This document shows, piece after piece, positions 7,320 to 8,305 of a stretch of 8,305 nt of DNA. The stretch lies in contig NW_021828526.1 in assembly GCF_006345805.1 (NCBI RefSeq), forward strand, positions 1 to 8,305, read 5' to 3'. How positions within the stretch are numbered: the stretch's first letter is position 1; each line of letters opens with the position of its first letter. The notes beneath the pieces were generated by a model. That model was not told the origin of the DNA. It saw only the letters and a program-made list of their open reading frames with translations, and searched no databases. The translations under genes were made by a program, and so were the position numbers. Source of the DNA: Octopus sinensis. Lineage: Eukaryota.

Positions 7320-7984
7320 GGGTGTTGTTTGACAGTTGCTGACAGTAAACTTCATTTCTCCCTCTGACCAAGGTTGGTCAGTCAGCCAGACTTCGTTGAG
7401 TTGTCAAGACTGTGACTAACTGATTTTTGTTTCGGGTGTGCTTGCTTATATAACTATCCAGAAGGATAGATATATCATTGAGAACAATAGATTTAGTTGG
7501 TGGTCTTGTTATCTCTATTCTAGCTTTTGGTGAAGTAGAAGAGGTTAGAAAGGGTCAAGTGGTGAAGACATTATTTCAGCCTAGCTACAAACAGAGGGGA
7601 CAAACAAGGACAGACAAATGGATTAAGTGATTATATTGACCCCAGTGCGTAACTGGTACTTATTTAATCGACCCCGAAAGGATGTTGGGTGTTGTTTGAC
7701 AGTTGCTGACAGTAAACTTTCTCCCTCTGACCAATGTTCTCGCTGGTCAGCCAGACGTCGTTGAGTCGTCACGACTGTAACGAACTTGGCTGAGTAGTCA
7801 CCGGCTGGTGACTAACTGATTTTTGTTTGGGGTGTGCTTGCTTATATAACTATCCAGAAGGATAGCTATATCATTGAGAACAATAGATTTAGTTGGTGAT
7901 CTTGTTATTTCTATTCTAGCTTTTGGTGAAGTAGAAAAGGTTAGAAAGGGTCAAGTGGTGAAGACATTATTTCGGGCCTAGCTA
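7320..7984. repeat. Direct duplication: copy A 7320-7587 (268 nt) and copy B 7687-7984 (298 nt), separated by a SINE fragment
   Basis: Both copies run from GGGTGTTGTTTGACAGTTGCTGACAGTAAACTT to GAAGACATTATTTC..GCCTAGCTA. Copy A lacks about 30 nt present in B (AACGAACTTGGCTGAGTAGTCACCGGCTGG region). Confidence 0.95.
7588..7684 (-). mobile_element. Family-2 SINE internal/3' fragment lacking the tRNA head
   Basis: It aligns to about 1370-1469 (GGGGACAAACAAGGACAGACA...GACCCCAGTGCGTAACTGG...ACCCCGAAAGGATG). Confidence 0.9.
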
Positions 7985-8157
7985 AAGGCATCGTAGTCTG
8001 CGAGGGTGCTGGGAATGAAAGATTCCTCGTGAACATATCATAAGTCTGCATAGAAAGGTTCCAGTAGGTTAATGGGGCTCGTGGGGTCGGAGCGTAACCC
8101 ATCTCTCTGCTTGATTTCATGTTTGTATTTTGTCCTTGTTGTATCTCATTCAATTTG

Positions 8158-8305
8158 TGGAGGCGCAATGGCCCAGTGGTTAGGGCAGCGGACTCGCGGT
8201 CATAGGATCGCGGTTTCGATTCCCAGACCGGGCGTTGTGAGTGTTTATTGAGCGAAAACACCTAAAAGCTCCACGAGGCTCCGACAGGGGATGGTGGTGA
8301 TCCCT
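8158..8305 (+). mobile_element. tRNA-derived SINE (family 4) 5' part, running off the window
   Basis: GGAGGCGCAATGGCCCAGTGGTTAGGGC provides the A box and GGTTTCGATTCCC the B box. The head resembles the reverse complement of about 590-670. Confidence 0.85.

Larger units (their letters stand above)
7019..8157 (-). mobile_element. Degenerate retroelement (Penelope-like RT/thumb) remnant with stops and an internal duplication
   Basis: The minus frame gives KYKHEIKQRDGLRSDPTSP (8130-8074, like PLE YxQxDGLxMGxPxSP), then ARNNVFTT*P (7977-7948, like RYxDDxFxxWP), then ARIEITRSPTKSIVLNDIAI (like IxFTxExxxxSxxFLDxxI). The motif order is correct but the matches are weak. Confidence 0.45.

Noticed and set aside
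8158-8240. tRNA genes at SINE heads (also about 590-670, 1490-1576, 3540-3624, 5320-5395)
   Set aside because: They have A/B boxes but no complete cloverleaf or acceptor stem, and they continue into SINE bodies.
7941-8261. 106-aa minus-strand ORF
   Set aside because: It starts inside the antisense SINE head and crosses the element boundary. The RT-like motifs are in a different, stop-containing frame.

Overview
This is eukaryotic, repeat-saturated intronic DNA. The SINE families and microsatellite density point to an octopus/cephalopod genome (from recall, not searched). It contains no long ORF. The main hidden content is two short + strand exons, 1645-1727 and 5561-5635, with canonical AG/GTAAGT boundaries. 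They splice in frame to give ...AMLNHNLNEMLKDRAFVDYFNIYLCQP|IFGYGLIYRFNEMEFVVNSRFHEHE, which resembles the N-terminus of RGSL1/RGS22-family regulators of G-protein signalling. The 3.8-kb intron between them carries a 16-copy 78-bp minisatellite in which each unit holds an AG|GT splice-site-like motif, plus a diverged longer progenitor unit. The window also has several tRNA-derived SINEs, compound microsatellites, a minimal Penelope-type hammerhead ribozyme motif (6825-6859), a degenerate minus-strand Penelope-like RT remnant with an internal ~270-300 bp duplication, and a possible Helitron 3' end near 366-400. Nearly all supplied ORFs are artefacts of simple repeats or SINEs.
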